A DNA stretch of 64,000 nt from the human T2T-CHM13v2.0 reference genome, Homo sapiens. Under the pieces are notes generated by a model. That model had not been told where the DNA came from. It saw only the letters and a list, made by a program, of their open reading frames with translations, and searched no databases. The DNA lies in assembly GCF_009914755.1 (NCBI RefSeq), contig NC_060945.1. One strand, written 5' to 3'. Made by a program: the position numbers and the translations under genes. This document shows, in pieces, positions 35,169 through 58,688 of this stretch (positions are counted from its first letter, which is position 1; each line of letters starts with the position of its first letter).

Positions 35169-35452
35169 TTTTACTTCTTAAGCATAAATTTTTCATTAAA
35201 TGCTGTATCCTACAAACAGAAAGACAAAAACTAATCAACCTAAGAAAATGTTTTCTAAAAGTAAAATACCTTACTCCTTTCTTAAAGCTTTACACACAAC
35301 TTTACTTTAGGTCCTATTCTACTATAGTTAAGAAAAATTCAATACTTCAACAAGTACCTAATTGAGATGTATATAGGACTACGCTAGGACCCAAGGGGGA
35401 GCTTGCTATTTGATAAATGAGCACTATGGTTTTAAACCATGTCTAGGAGCTA

Positions 35453-36270
<818 letters not shown>

Positions 36271-36552
36271 GAAGGAGAAAAATCATATGCCTAAATAACT
36301 ATAGGAGTGTAGCATACTATTTTTAAAAACAAAGATATTATGTAAACATGAAATGTTTCAAGGCCACCATAAATTCTAGAAAGAAATAAAAAAAAATTGA
36401 AAGCACTGGACAGGGCTGAAAAACAGGCAGAAATTGAAAGAAACTTCATCCTTGAAAGAAAGAAAACACAGCCAGATGCGTGGTGGCTCACGCCTATAAT
36501 CCCAGCACTTCAGGAGGCCGAGGCGGGTGGATCATTTGAGGTCACGAGTTCA

Positions 36553-36738
<186 letters not shown>

Positions 36739-37199
36739 CTAGGCTCGGTGGCTTACGCCTGTAATCCCAGCACTTTGGGAGGCCAAGGCAGGCGGATCAC
36801 GAAGTCAGGAGATAGAGACCATCCTGGCTAACATGGTGAAACCCCGTCTGTACTAAAAATACAAAAAAAAAAAATTAGCTGGGCATGATGGCAGGCGCCT
36901 GTAGTCCCAGCTACTCGGGAGGCTGAGGCAGGAGAATGGCATGAACCCGGGAGGCGGGGCTTGCAGTGAGCCACTGCCCTCCAGCCTGGGCAAAAGAGAA
37001 AGACTCCATCTCAAAAAAGAAAAAAAATCAGCCAGTCATGGTAGCATGCACCTGTAATCCCAGCTACTCAGGAGGCCGAAATAGGAGAATCATTTGATCC
37101 CAGGAGGCAGAGGTTGGGGTGAGCCAAGATCACACCACTGCACTCCAGCCTGGGCAACAGAGTGAGACTCCCTCTCAAAGAAAAAAAAAGAAAGAAAAC

Positions 37200-42140
<4,941 letters not shown>

Positions 42141-42366
42141 GTACAGATCTTAAAATTTTAAATTTTTTATCATTTAGCTATGCTTTAGTTACACTAAAGT
42201 ATTATTCTGAATGCAATATGAACACATTTTATCAAGATATTCTACAGACAAGTTAATGAATTATTATAAAAGATTAAGTAGTAACTGGTTAAAAGCAAGT
42301 ATGGGCCGGGCACGGTGGCTCATGCCTGTAATCCCAGTACTTTGGGGGGCTGAGATGGGTGGATCA

Positions 42367-42681
<315 letters not shown>

Positions 42682-43530
42682 TTAATCTATTATAAATTAT
42701 TATATAAGCAGAAATGAGGTAGGTATTTCCACACACAGATTTATAAAACAAGTCATAATCTCCTCCCAACTAGGGCTTAAATTGGGTCAGAGATGGGGTG
42801 GGACAAAGGAACAGGAAAACAAATTTATACAAATAATGACTATGAAGGAAATGCATAGGATCCTAAGAGAATAAAGGGGAAGCTTATTTCAGAATGAGTG
42901 GTCAGGGAAAGCCTCTTTGAAGAGGTAAAGTTTGCTAAAATTAAAAAAAACCTACTGAAATTTAAAAGCTGAGTAAAGTTAATTAGATTAAATAGAAGTA
43001 AAAGGAGTAGAGCAGAGAGAGGGAAAAATATACACAAAGCCCCTAAATCCCTTAGTACCAGCAAGGAAGAATTAGCTGCTACCTAGGAGAATCAGGATAA
43101 AGAAAGAAAGTAAAGGTGGCAGGGTTCAGTGGCTCATGTCTGTAATCCTAGCACTTTGGGAGGCCAAGGTGGGCAGATCATTTGAGGTCAGGAGTTCGAG
43201 GCCAGCCTGGCCAACATGGTGAAACCCTGGCTCTACTAAAAATACAAAAATTAGCCGGGCATGGTGGCGGGCACCTGTAATCCCAGCTACTCAGGAGTCA
43301 GATGCAGGAAAATCACTTGAACCCAGGAGGTGGAGGTTGCAGTGAGCTGAGATCACACCACTGCATTGCCCAAGCTGGTCCCTAACTTCTGGCCCCAAGT
43401 GATTCTTCCATTTCAGCCCCCCTAGAGTAGCTGGGATTACAGGTGCAAGCCATGGTGCCCTAACAAATATGTTTAGAAGAGTTGTAGGACACTGTTTGCC
43501 AGAAAGAGTCAAGGAAAGATCAATAAATTA

Positions 43531-44950
<1,420 letters not shown>

Positions 44951-45130
44951 ATATATTTCAAAATAACTAGAAAAGAGGACTTGAAATGTTCAAAACACAC
45001 AGAAATGATAAATACTTGAGGTGATGGAGACTCTAAATACCCTATTTATTACACGTGCTATGCACATAACAAAATATCTTATGTACCCCATAACTATATA
45101 CAAATATTATGTATTAATCATAAAAAAGAA
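44951..45130 (+). mobile_element. L1MA-like 3' terminal fragment
   Basis: gaaatgataaatacttgaggtgatgga...atgtaccccataactatatacaaatattatgta. Confidence 0.7.
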
Positions 45131-45244
45131 ACATTGAGAGACTGAAAAATACCCTTTGGAATTTAAAAACATGATGGTAGAAACTTTCTTAAATTCCAAA
45201 TAGAAGGGTTGGGGAATAAAAGTTAAGAAAATAGAGGCCGGCTG

Positions 45245-46642
<1,398 letters not shown>

Positions 46643-46835
46643 TCAGAAAGGAACTACACAGGAAATAGAAGAGAAAAAAGAATCAACAAAATATTTCAAG
46701 AAAATTTCCCCAGAATAGAAGTTCTTGTATTTCCGGATTTAAAGTACCCATTGAATATTTAACTAATGGAGTAAAAAAAGACCCACACTTCATTTTAAAT
46801 TTCAAAACACTGAGGTCAAAGTGTAGATTCTATAA

Positions 46836-47012
<177 letters not shown>

Positions 47013-48506
47013 TGATCCTCCCACCTCAGCCCCAGGGAAAAGCTGGGACTATAAGCACACACTACCACGACCAGCTAATTTTTTTATAGAGATGGGATTT
47101 TGCCACATTGCCCAGGCTGGTCTTGAACTTCTGGACATAAGCAATCCACCCACTGCAGCCTCCCAAAGTGCTGGGATTACAGGCGTGAGACACCACACCC
47201 GGCCCTCAGCTTGGAATTCTTAACAGTAAAACTACAAGCAAGATGACAATGGGGCAGTAAGTTCAAAACTCTGTAGGAAAATTATTTCCAACTAAAAGAT
47301 TTTTACCAGCCAAAATATCAATCAAGTATGAGGATAGCACCAAAACATATTCAGAAGCATTTTGAGAGGCCAAGGCAGGTGGATCACTTGAAGCCAGGAG
47401 TTCAAGACCAGCCTGGCCAACATGGCGAAACCCCGTCTCTATTTAAACAACAACAAAAAAATATTCAGACACGCAAGGTCTCCAAAAAAGTAACTCTTCT
47501 TCTAAAAATGTAACTCTTCTTGTCAAGAAGCTACTGGAGTTTGAGCTTCACCAGGGAGAGTAAATTAATAAAAGAGAATACAGGATACAGGAAAGATCCT
47601 GCACAGAAGAGCTAAAAAGAATCCAGCTGTGCCCCAGAAGCAGCAGATAATCAGGCCAGACTGAAGCAGTGTAACTCAGGACATAATGTCCTGGCTGCTA
47701 TAGCAGTTTTTTGTGGGGGATTTTGTGCCTTTATACAAAACAATCTTTTAATAAATCCACTGGAATATAGCAGCTTTTGAAGCTGAGGACTGAATGCTCC
47801 AGGAACTTGGCCCAGAGCCTATCTGTACTCAGTGGGGCTTGGCTTGATCTTGAGCACATGCTGATGCAGTTCCTGCTCTCCTTGCAAGGCGTGCAGCCTT
47901 CGTCAGCAGAGGACACTCACTTCCCCCTCAGAGAGGTTCTGCTTTCACCTACCCTGTTAACTACAGGTAGGCCATGGTGAGCTAAGAAGCAGAAAATGCA
48001 GAGAAGCCCACTCCTTCTGACCTTATTTTTGTTGTCTTTCCATTACTTGGTCCACTAGAACCTTCCAGATACCCTGACTGAGGTGACTCCCCTTTCCTAG
48101 GACTCATAACACAGCCCACAAACTTCCTCAGAAAGGCCCCCTGTAAACGGGCAAGGGATCTGAAGCCATTCTGTTCAGCTCATCTTTTCCTAAAAACCTT
48201 CATCTAAGTGGCTGTCCTTTCCTTAGTGAAGTTTGACGTTATAATTATAAAATGAGGCCGGGCATGGTGGCTCATGCCTGTTATCCCAACTTTGGGAGGC
48301 CAAGGCAGGTGGATCATGAGGTCAGGATTTCGAGACCAGCCTGGCCAACATAGTGAAACCCCATCTCTACTAAAAATACAAAAATTAGCCAGCTACTCAG
48401 GAGGCTGAGGAAGGAGAATTGCTTGAATCTGGGAGGCAGAGGTTGCGGTGAGCCAAGATCACGCCACTGCACTCCAGCCTGGGTGACAGAGCAAGACTCC
48501 GTCTCA

Positions 48507-48920
<414 letters not shown>

Positions 48921-48954
48921 TCACGAGGTCAGGAGATTGAGACCATCCTGGCTA

Positions 48955-49219
<265 letters not shown>

Positions 49220-49437
49220 TTATTACCGTTTATTTAATGAACAGCCCACTATTAATAAAGATGCAGACAGTTTATAGCCCTCTGAGGCTTAACTGTAGAA
49301 ATTAATGAGGTGTTTTGATTTTATAGCCTGGTAAGAAAATCAATCCCAAAGATATTATGATTTTGTTGCCCTGTGGAACATTAACCAATCAAACTAACTT
49401 AGCCACAATACTGAGACATTTCTTTCCCTACAAATTA

Positions 49438-49599
<162 letters not shown>

Positions 49600-49872
49600 C
49601 TACTTAAAATACAAAAATTAGCCGGGCATGGTGGCAGGCGCCTTTAATCCTAGCTACTCAGGAGTCTGAGGCAGAACTGCTTGAGCCCGGGAAGAGGAGG
49701 TTGCAGTGAGCTGAGACCATGCCACTGTACCCCGGCCTGGGCAACAGAGCCAGACTCCATCTCAAAACAAAACAAAAACACAGCTCTTTGAGGTACTCTC
49801 AATAATAGTAAAACAAAACTGAAACACGCTCCCTATCTATCTGCATGAGAATTGTGTTTGTAACACCATTCA

Positions 49873-50683
<811 letters not shown>

Positions 50684-50698
50684 GCAAGAGAAAGATAA

Positions 50699-51073
<375 letters not shown>

Positions 51074-51598
51074 TAATCTGGTAGTGGATACAAAATGATC
51101 ATTGCAATAGTATTCTTTAAATTATACATGTTTTATATGCTTTTTTGTACCTGAGATAAAATTTGCAATGAAAGAAATTATTACTATTTTTTTTTGGGAG
51201 ATGGAGTCTCGCTCTGTCGCCCAGGCTGGAGTGCAGTGGCACGATCTTGGCTCACTGTAACTCCCGCCTCCTGGATTCAAGCAGTTATCTGCCCCCACCT
51301 CCCAAGTAGCTGGGATTACAGGGGCCCATCACCAGGCCCGGCTACTTTTTTGTATTTTTAGTAGAGACAGGGTTTCACCATCTTGGCCAGGCTGGTCTTG
51401 AACTCCTGACCTCGTGATCCACCCGCCTTGGCCTCCCAAAGTGCTGGGAATACAGGCGTGAGCCACCGCGCCCAGGAAGAAATTACTTTTAAAAAAGAAC
51501 AAGCAGCTGGGTGCGGTGGCTTACTCCTGTAATCCCAGCACTTTGGGAGGCCAAGGTGGGCAGATCATGAGGTCAGGAGAACAAGACAATCCTGGCTA

Positions 51599-51796
<198 letters not shown>

Positions 51797-52055
51797 TTAT
51801 CACTTCTGCCAACCCAATTAAATGAGGCAATATAACCTTAAGGTCAACACCACTTCGTGGTAAGAAGAGTAATAAATCCTCTATTATTTAATACAGTCTT
51901 CAAAATTTTCTGTTCCAGCCTCTAAATATAAAAGAATATATAGAGCCAGGCACAGTGGCTCATGCCTGTAAACCCAAGACTTTGGGAGGCCTAGGTGGGT
52001 GGATCCCCTGAGATCGGGAGTTCAAGACCAGCCTGACAAAAGCCCGTCTCTACTA

Positions 52056-52274
<219 letters not shown>

Positions 52275-52405
52275 CTACTGCTTTTAAATTATAAAATCTT
52301 TTAAGTTATAACATCAGGCGTGGTGGCTCACACCTGTAATCCCTGCACTTTGGGAAGCCGAGGCCAGCGGATCACGAGGTCAGGAGATTGAGACCATCCT
52401 GGCTA

Positions 52406-52648
<243 letters not shown>

Positions 52649-53461
52649 TTATATCAAAGTACAATCATCTGTTTATATTATCTACTTGAAACTTACCCTA
52701 GAACGACAAAAAGATTTTCATAAAGCAAAGCTTTTAATGGCTAAAACCCAGAAACAGTCAAAATGTCCATCAATAAGGAACCAAAAAATGTATATTAGGG
52801 TACATCCAAACAACGGTATACCATGCAACATTCTGAAAATGAGGCAAGTTGGCTGGGCAGGATGGCTCACACCTGTAATCCCAGCACTTTGAGAGGCTGA
52901 GGCAGGTGGATGGCTTGAGTTCAGGAATTCAAGACCAGCCTGGGCAATATGAGAAACCCGTCTCTACAAAAATTACAAAAATTAGGCATGGTGGCACTCG
53001 CCTATAGTCTCAGCTTCTCAGGAGGCTGAGGTGGGAGGATCGTTTGAGCCCAAGGCTGCAGCAAGCCGTGAGGGAACCACTGCACTCCAGCCTGGGCAAC
53101 ACAGTGAGACCCGGTCTCCAAAGTGAGGGGTGGGGTTGGGAGGAAATGAGGTAGGTCTCCACGTGCTTATGAAGGAAATGTGTCCTTATATTATCATCAG
53201 TTGCCGAGCAATATTATAATATAATACCCTCCTAGGGAATGGAATTGAGGATGTAAAGAGTGAACAAACAAGGAATTCTAACTTGACATACCTCTGCGCT
53301 GTCTGAATTTTACTTGATATTCTTCTGTCATGTTTAAATGTTTTAAACAACCTGAATGTTACTTTAATCATTTAAAAAGTAAAACGGGCTAGGTACGGTG
53401 GCTCACGTCTGTAATCCCAGCACTTTGGGAGGCCGAGGCGGGGGGGGGTTACCTGAGGTCA

Positions 53462-53641
<180 letters not shown>

Positions 53642-53779
53642 TCAAAAATTATATATATATATACATAAGTTAAAAATAAACTTTAGGCCGGGCACAGTGG
53701 CTCACGCCTGTAATCCCAGCACTTTGGGAGGCTGAGGCAGGTGGATCACGAGGTCAGGAGATCGAGACCATCCTGGCTA

Positions 53780-54011
<232 letters not shown>

Positions 54012-54097
54012 TTAAAAGGCCAGGCGCGGTGCCCACACCTGTAATCCCAGTACTTTCAGAGACCGAGGCAAGCGGATCACTTGAGGTCAGGAGTTCA

Positions 54098-54343
<246 letters not shown>

Positions 54344-54779
54344 TTACCTTGGCCCCCAGAAGTGAATTCAGAATTCAGAAAAGACTAGCCAGTGTAAGGC
54401 TGCTGTAACCCTAGTTGACAGAGAGGAGGGATTGGGGTGGTGAGTGGGAAGGCTGTGTCTCCGGAAGAAGAAATATACGTCCCCACCTCACTCTAATTAA
54501 ACCTGCTTTTCCAGCGCGATAAATATTCAAGATAACTTTTGGTTTGCATTTCAATAACAAAGTCTTGCACCACTATCTTCAGTTTAAAAAAAAAGTTTAA
54601 TGTTTGCTCTACGTTTGAAATGCATGCAGGTTTAAAAGACAAGAAACAAAATGATGAAAAAGTGTGACCGGCCTGAGAGTTCAGAGCCTCTGAAGTGTCA
54701 AGGGATCCACAGTGCAGGTAGGATGAAGAGTCTGAGAAGGGAGATGGGATCCTCCGAAAAGAGAAAATCGGGTCTTACA

Positions 54780-56450
54780 GCGCGATGTAAGACGATGCGG
54801 ATGCCACTTCCCTCCCACCCCGTCCCGTCCGAGGCCTCCGCCCCCTGCCCCTCCGCACCCCCCGACCCAGGCACGCGCAGCGGGGAGCAGCCCAGCCTAG
54901 CCCGTCTCACTGCTTTGGTTTTGAAAGGTCACGTATTTACCTTAGAATTTCAGCACCTTCCAACTTACTGTTTTAAGTACCTTTAACCAGCCTATTGGCT
55001 AAAAACCGAAACGGTCCTACCCGCGACTACCACTGCTCCAGTGACAATGCTCTGCTGCTACTTATTTAACGGAGCTCAAGGTTTATAATTCTCGAAAGAA
55101 TGTTGTTCCCCTTCCCTTTCCCCTCCCGCCTCTGTACTTGACTCTCGTAAGAATGAAATCAGAAAAGTGCAGAAAACACAGGCTCCTAGCAATGGTTCGG
55201 GGCAAACGGGAGGGGCGAAGAAGGGCTGGAGCCGCCCCGGGGCCCTCGCTCCGGCCTCGGGAGGGCGTCGCGGCCGCAGCAGGGCGTCCCGAAAACCGTC
55301 GCCTCCGTGCCCGCCGCGCGAGAAGGTGAAAGGCACGAGATGGAGCCTCTCCAGCCCTCCCCAGGAACGCAACCTGACGGCGTGACAGCGCGGCAGGGCA
55401 GCCTCCCCGGGCTGCTTGCGGGTCGCGGCGGCGCCACGGTCACGGTCGGCCCGAAGGGACGCGGGCAGGGGCAAGAAGGGGCGGCGGGGGCTCCGCGGGC
55501 CCGAGTCTGCAGGCCGGCGCCGAACGCAGGGAAAACCCGGCTGGACGGCCCCACAGCCCCCAGAAGGCCGGGCCGGACAGGGCCCGACGAGGGAGCCTCC
55601 TTACGCGCGGGCGGCGGGCGCGAGCCCTCTACGGTTGCCTGGCGCCGGAGACCCACAGACAGGACTCACCCAGCTTCCTCAAACGCCCACGCCGACTTCA
55701 GGCGCGCGCGCAGGAAGGAGACTGCTGCGCCACAACCCTGCCGGCGTCCCGCGGCTCCACCTCAGCCCCGGGAGCCCGGAGCTGGGAGCAGACGCGAGGA
55801 TAGAGCGCCGGTGAGGCGGGGCGAGGCGCCGTGTGCACCGCAGCGACCAATCGGAGCGCAGCAAGTGGCCGGCCGGGGGCGGGGCGGGACGCGAGGGGGC
55901 GGGGAGAGGGCGTTGGCTGGGCGCAGCGGGACGCCGGGCGCTCCTCGCGACCAATCGGCGTGCAGCAAGTGGCCGGCCGGGGGCAGGGCGAGCTCCGAGG
56001 GACGGGGTGGGCTGCTCTGCAGGCCTCCCGGAGCCGGAGTTCAGACCCAGCTATCTACGGTTCCGGGCAGAGCGGGACGGGCCTCTCCTGTCCCCTGCCG
56101 GTGGGCGGCCGCCGCCGGGCTCCCACTGCTGCGTTTCTGCACGCTGACTTGAAGTGCAGTACCGTGAGATTACGTGCGGACGGAGCTCGAGACCCGGGGG
56201 ACCAGGGTTTCCCTTCGCCTATGGCCGATCAGTCTTGTCTGTCTGCGAGCTGCCCAGAGTAGGGAAGGTGCTCCGGGAGGGTTCTCGGGAACGGAGGGTC
56301 TTTAGAGATGCCTTTTTCTAATCCCCTCAATTCAGAAATGGAGCCCCAGAAAGTTGAAGTTAGTAAACCAGGGCTACCCAGCGAGTGCTGGTTACCCGAG
56401 GTGATCCTCACAATACAACTAGTCTTCTGATTTCGCTCGGCGCTCTCCCG
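54780..56450. promoter_or_regulatory. TMEM50B: CpG island / TMEM50B promoter
   Basis: Very GC- and CpG-rich, repeat-free; GGGCGG boxes, CCAAT at 55847-55851 and 55951-55955, G-tract cluster 55875-55904 with G-quadruplex potential; no TATA box seen. Confidence 0.93.
55670..55806 (-). other. TMEM50B: TMEM50B non-coding exon 1 (TSS approximate)
   Basis: Donor TGG/GTGAGT (GT at 55669-55668) inside the CpG island, just downstream of GC and CCAAT boxes; no ATG in the exon. Confidence 0.82.
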
Positions 56451-57344
56451 TCTATTCACGTAGATTTTTGTCTTTTTTTTTTTTTTTCGTCTTTCTTATA
56501 GTCAGATATCTTTCAGCCTCTTGGATTTTCAACATAACTTTAACAGCGTTTGGAAGCCCCGTCTAAATTTCCTACAGAAATGCCTATAACCATTTAGTTG
56601 TTTGGGGGAAAGTCGAGCTTTGTTTTTTGGGTGGTTTGTTTGTTTGTTTTGAGACAGGGTCTTGCTCTGTTGTCCAGGGTGGAGTGCAGTGGTGTGATCT
56701 TGGCTCACTGCAGCCTCTTACCTCCCACGCTCAATCAATCCTCCCACCTCAGCCTTCCGAGTAGCTGGGATTACAGGTGCGCACCACCATGCTTGGCTAA
56801 TTTGTGTATTTTTAGTAGAGACGGGATTTCACCTGGCTGATCCTGAACTCCTGACCTCAGGTGATCCACCCGCCTCTGCCTCCCAAAATGCTGGGATTAC
56901 AAGCGTGGGCCACTGTGCCCAGCCAAGTAGAGTTATTATCAGTGGAAATCTAAAAAGCATTTTACTTGAGGCATAATGAAGTAAAAGGTTTTGTATCATG
57001 GAATTATCACCAAAAATGCCATCCTGGATAATGTTCTCCTATAGCTCTTATACATGGGCTAGGATCTAGGTGTTCAATAAATATGTGCTGAATAATTTAC
57101 TTTTGAAATATGTCACAATGCTGGCATTCCACCAGAAGAGAGGATACAGAAGGGAACACTCTCCTCTCTTTAAGAACCTTTTGAAAGGGGCGGGGGTTGC
57201 ATGTACCATTTTTGTTTTCATTCTGCTAGTAAAATAGTCACTTGACTACACCAAATTGCAAAGAAGGCTGGAAAATGGGGTTTCAGTACTAAGGAAGGAA
57301 AACTAGATATTAGGGGACAATTAGAAGTTTCCAAATCTCATCAC

Positions 57345-58095
57345 TTTTTTTGGGGGGGTGGGGGAGGCATCCCAAAGGGCAGACTGGTTTATTAGGCAGC
57401 AGCCAGGAAAATCAGCGGTTGGACTTGTCCCCACACTCCAGCTCATCCTTCTTGTTGATGGCATAGGAGCTGGAGGAGGCCTTGGTGGCATTGATGAGCT
57501 CATCCGCCAGGCACTCAGCAATGGTCTTGATGTTCCAGAAGGCAGCCTCACGAGTGCCTGTGCACAGCAGCCAGACGACCTGATTCACACAGTGCAGTGG
57601 GGACATGTCCACAGCCTGTTGTCTCACAGTCCCTGCTCGCCCAATGCATGTGGAGTCCTCCCAGGGACCACTGTTGATGATGGCGTTCACCAGGACCTGG
57701 AGAGGGTTCTCGCCTGTGAGCAGGTGGATGAAATCGAAGGCATGCTTGATGATGCACATGATCATGAGCTTGTTGCTGTTGTTGCAGCCGTGCATCATCA
57801 TGGAGTTAGTGAGGGGCTCCACAATGGGGCACTGAGCTTTGCGGAAGCATTTGGCTGCATACCACCCAGCACTGTGAGGCAGGTACTTGGCATACTTCTC
57901 CTTCACTGCAGTGTAATCCTGCAGGGAAATGCCATTGATCTGCATATCATCAGTGCTCCACTTCCCAGAGAGCTTGATGTCAAGGGGTCTCTGCCACTGC
58001 TGGTGCTGCTGTCTCCCACTCGGTCATCCTGAGGGCACAGCCTGAGTGTCTCTGTCGATCAGCATGGACCACATGCTGCCCTGGCACAGACAGGC
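57345..58095 (-). pseudogene. RPS5P3: Processed pseudogene of ribosomal protein S5 (uS7)
   Basis: Intronless copy with 5' UTR, ATG at 58027 ([15 protein letters not shown]), +1 frameshift giving TGA near 57982, remaining frame to the native stop at 57412, AATAAA 57388-57393, short poly(A) and a degenerate TSD. The P3 number is from memory. Confidence 0.95.
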
Positions 58096-58280
58096 CATTG
58101 CTTTTTAAAGTACTAATATTTTAAGGTTTCCCAGGATTTTTTTAAGCTTTGTTACAGAATAATATCTGTAGAAAAATGATTACCTCCATATATGAAGGAA
58201 GACATTACTGTTCACCTACCGTTGGGATGCACATGCTTTAAGTTGCTTTTTTAGTAGTGGAGACTTATGTTAATGCAGCT

Positions 58281-58688
58281 TGTCTGAAGTCCTTTTCTAC
58301 TGCTATAACAGAATAACACAGAACAGGCAATTTATAAACAATAGTGTTTTATTTGGTCCACAGTTCTGGAAGCCGGGAACTCCAAGAGCATGGTGCTGGC
58401 ATCTTGTAAGGATTTTCATGCTGTGTCATCCCATGGTAGAAAACAAGACAGACAGGGGCCAACGAGCATACAAGACAGAAGGAGAAAATCAGGCTGACGC
58501 TATCCTTTTACCAAGAGCCCAATCCCAAGATAACTAACCCACTCCCACAATAACAGCATTAATCCATTCGTGAGGGTGGAGCCCTCATGACCCAATCACA
58601 TCTTCAAGGTTCTACCTCTCAACACGATTACAATAGTAATTAAGTTTCAAACACATGAACTTTTTGGGGACACATTCAAACCATAGCA
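58281..58688 (-). mobile_element. MST-family (MaLR) solo LTR
   Basis: tgctataacagaataac...ttctggaagccgggaactccaagagcatggtgctggcatc...cacattcaaaccatagca. Confidence 0.8.

Noticed and set aside
35042-35365. 107-aa + strand ORF
   Set aside because: Antisense to TMEM50B exon 2 and intron; no recognisable protein features.
55076-56262. 281-aa and other long overlapping ORFs in the CpG island
   Set aside because: Stop-codon scarcity in GC-rich DNA; Arg/Gly/Pro/Ala low complexity, many non-ATG starts, open in several frames at once.
57358-58032. 224-aa + strand ORF
   Set aside because: Antisense shadow of the RPS5 coding sequence; GTG start and no independent support.
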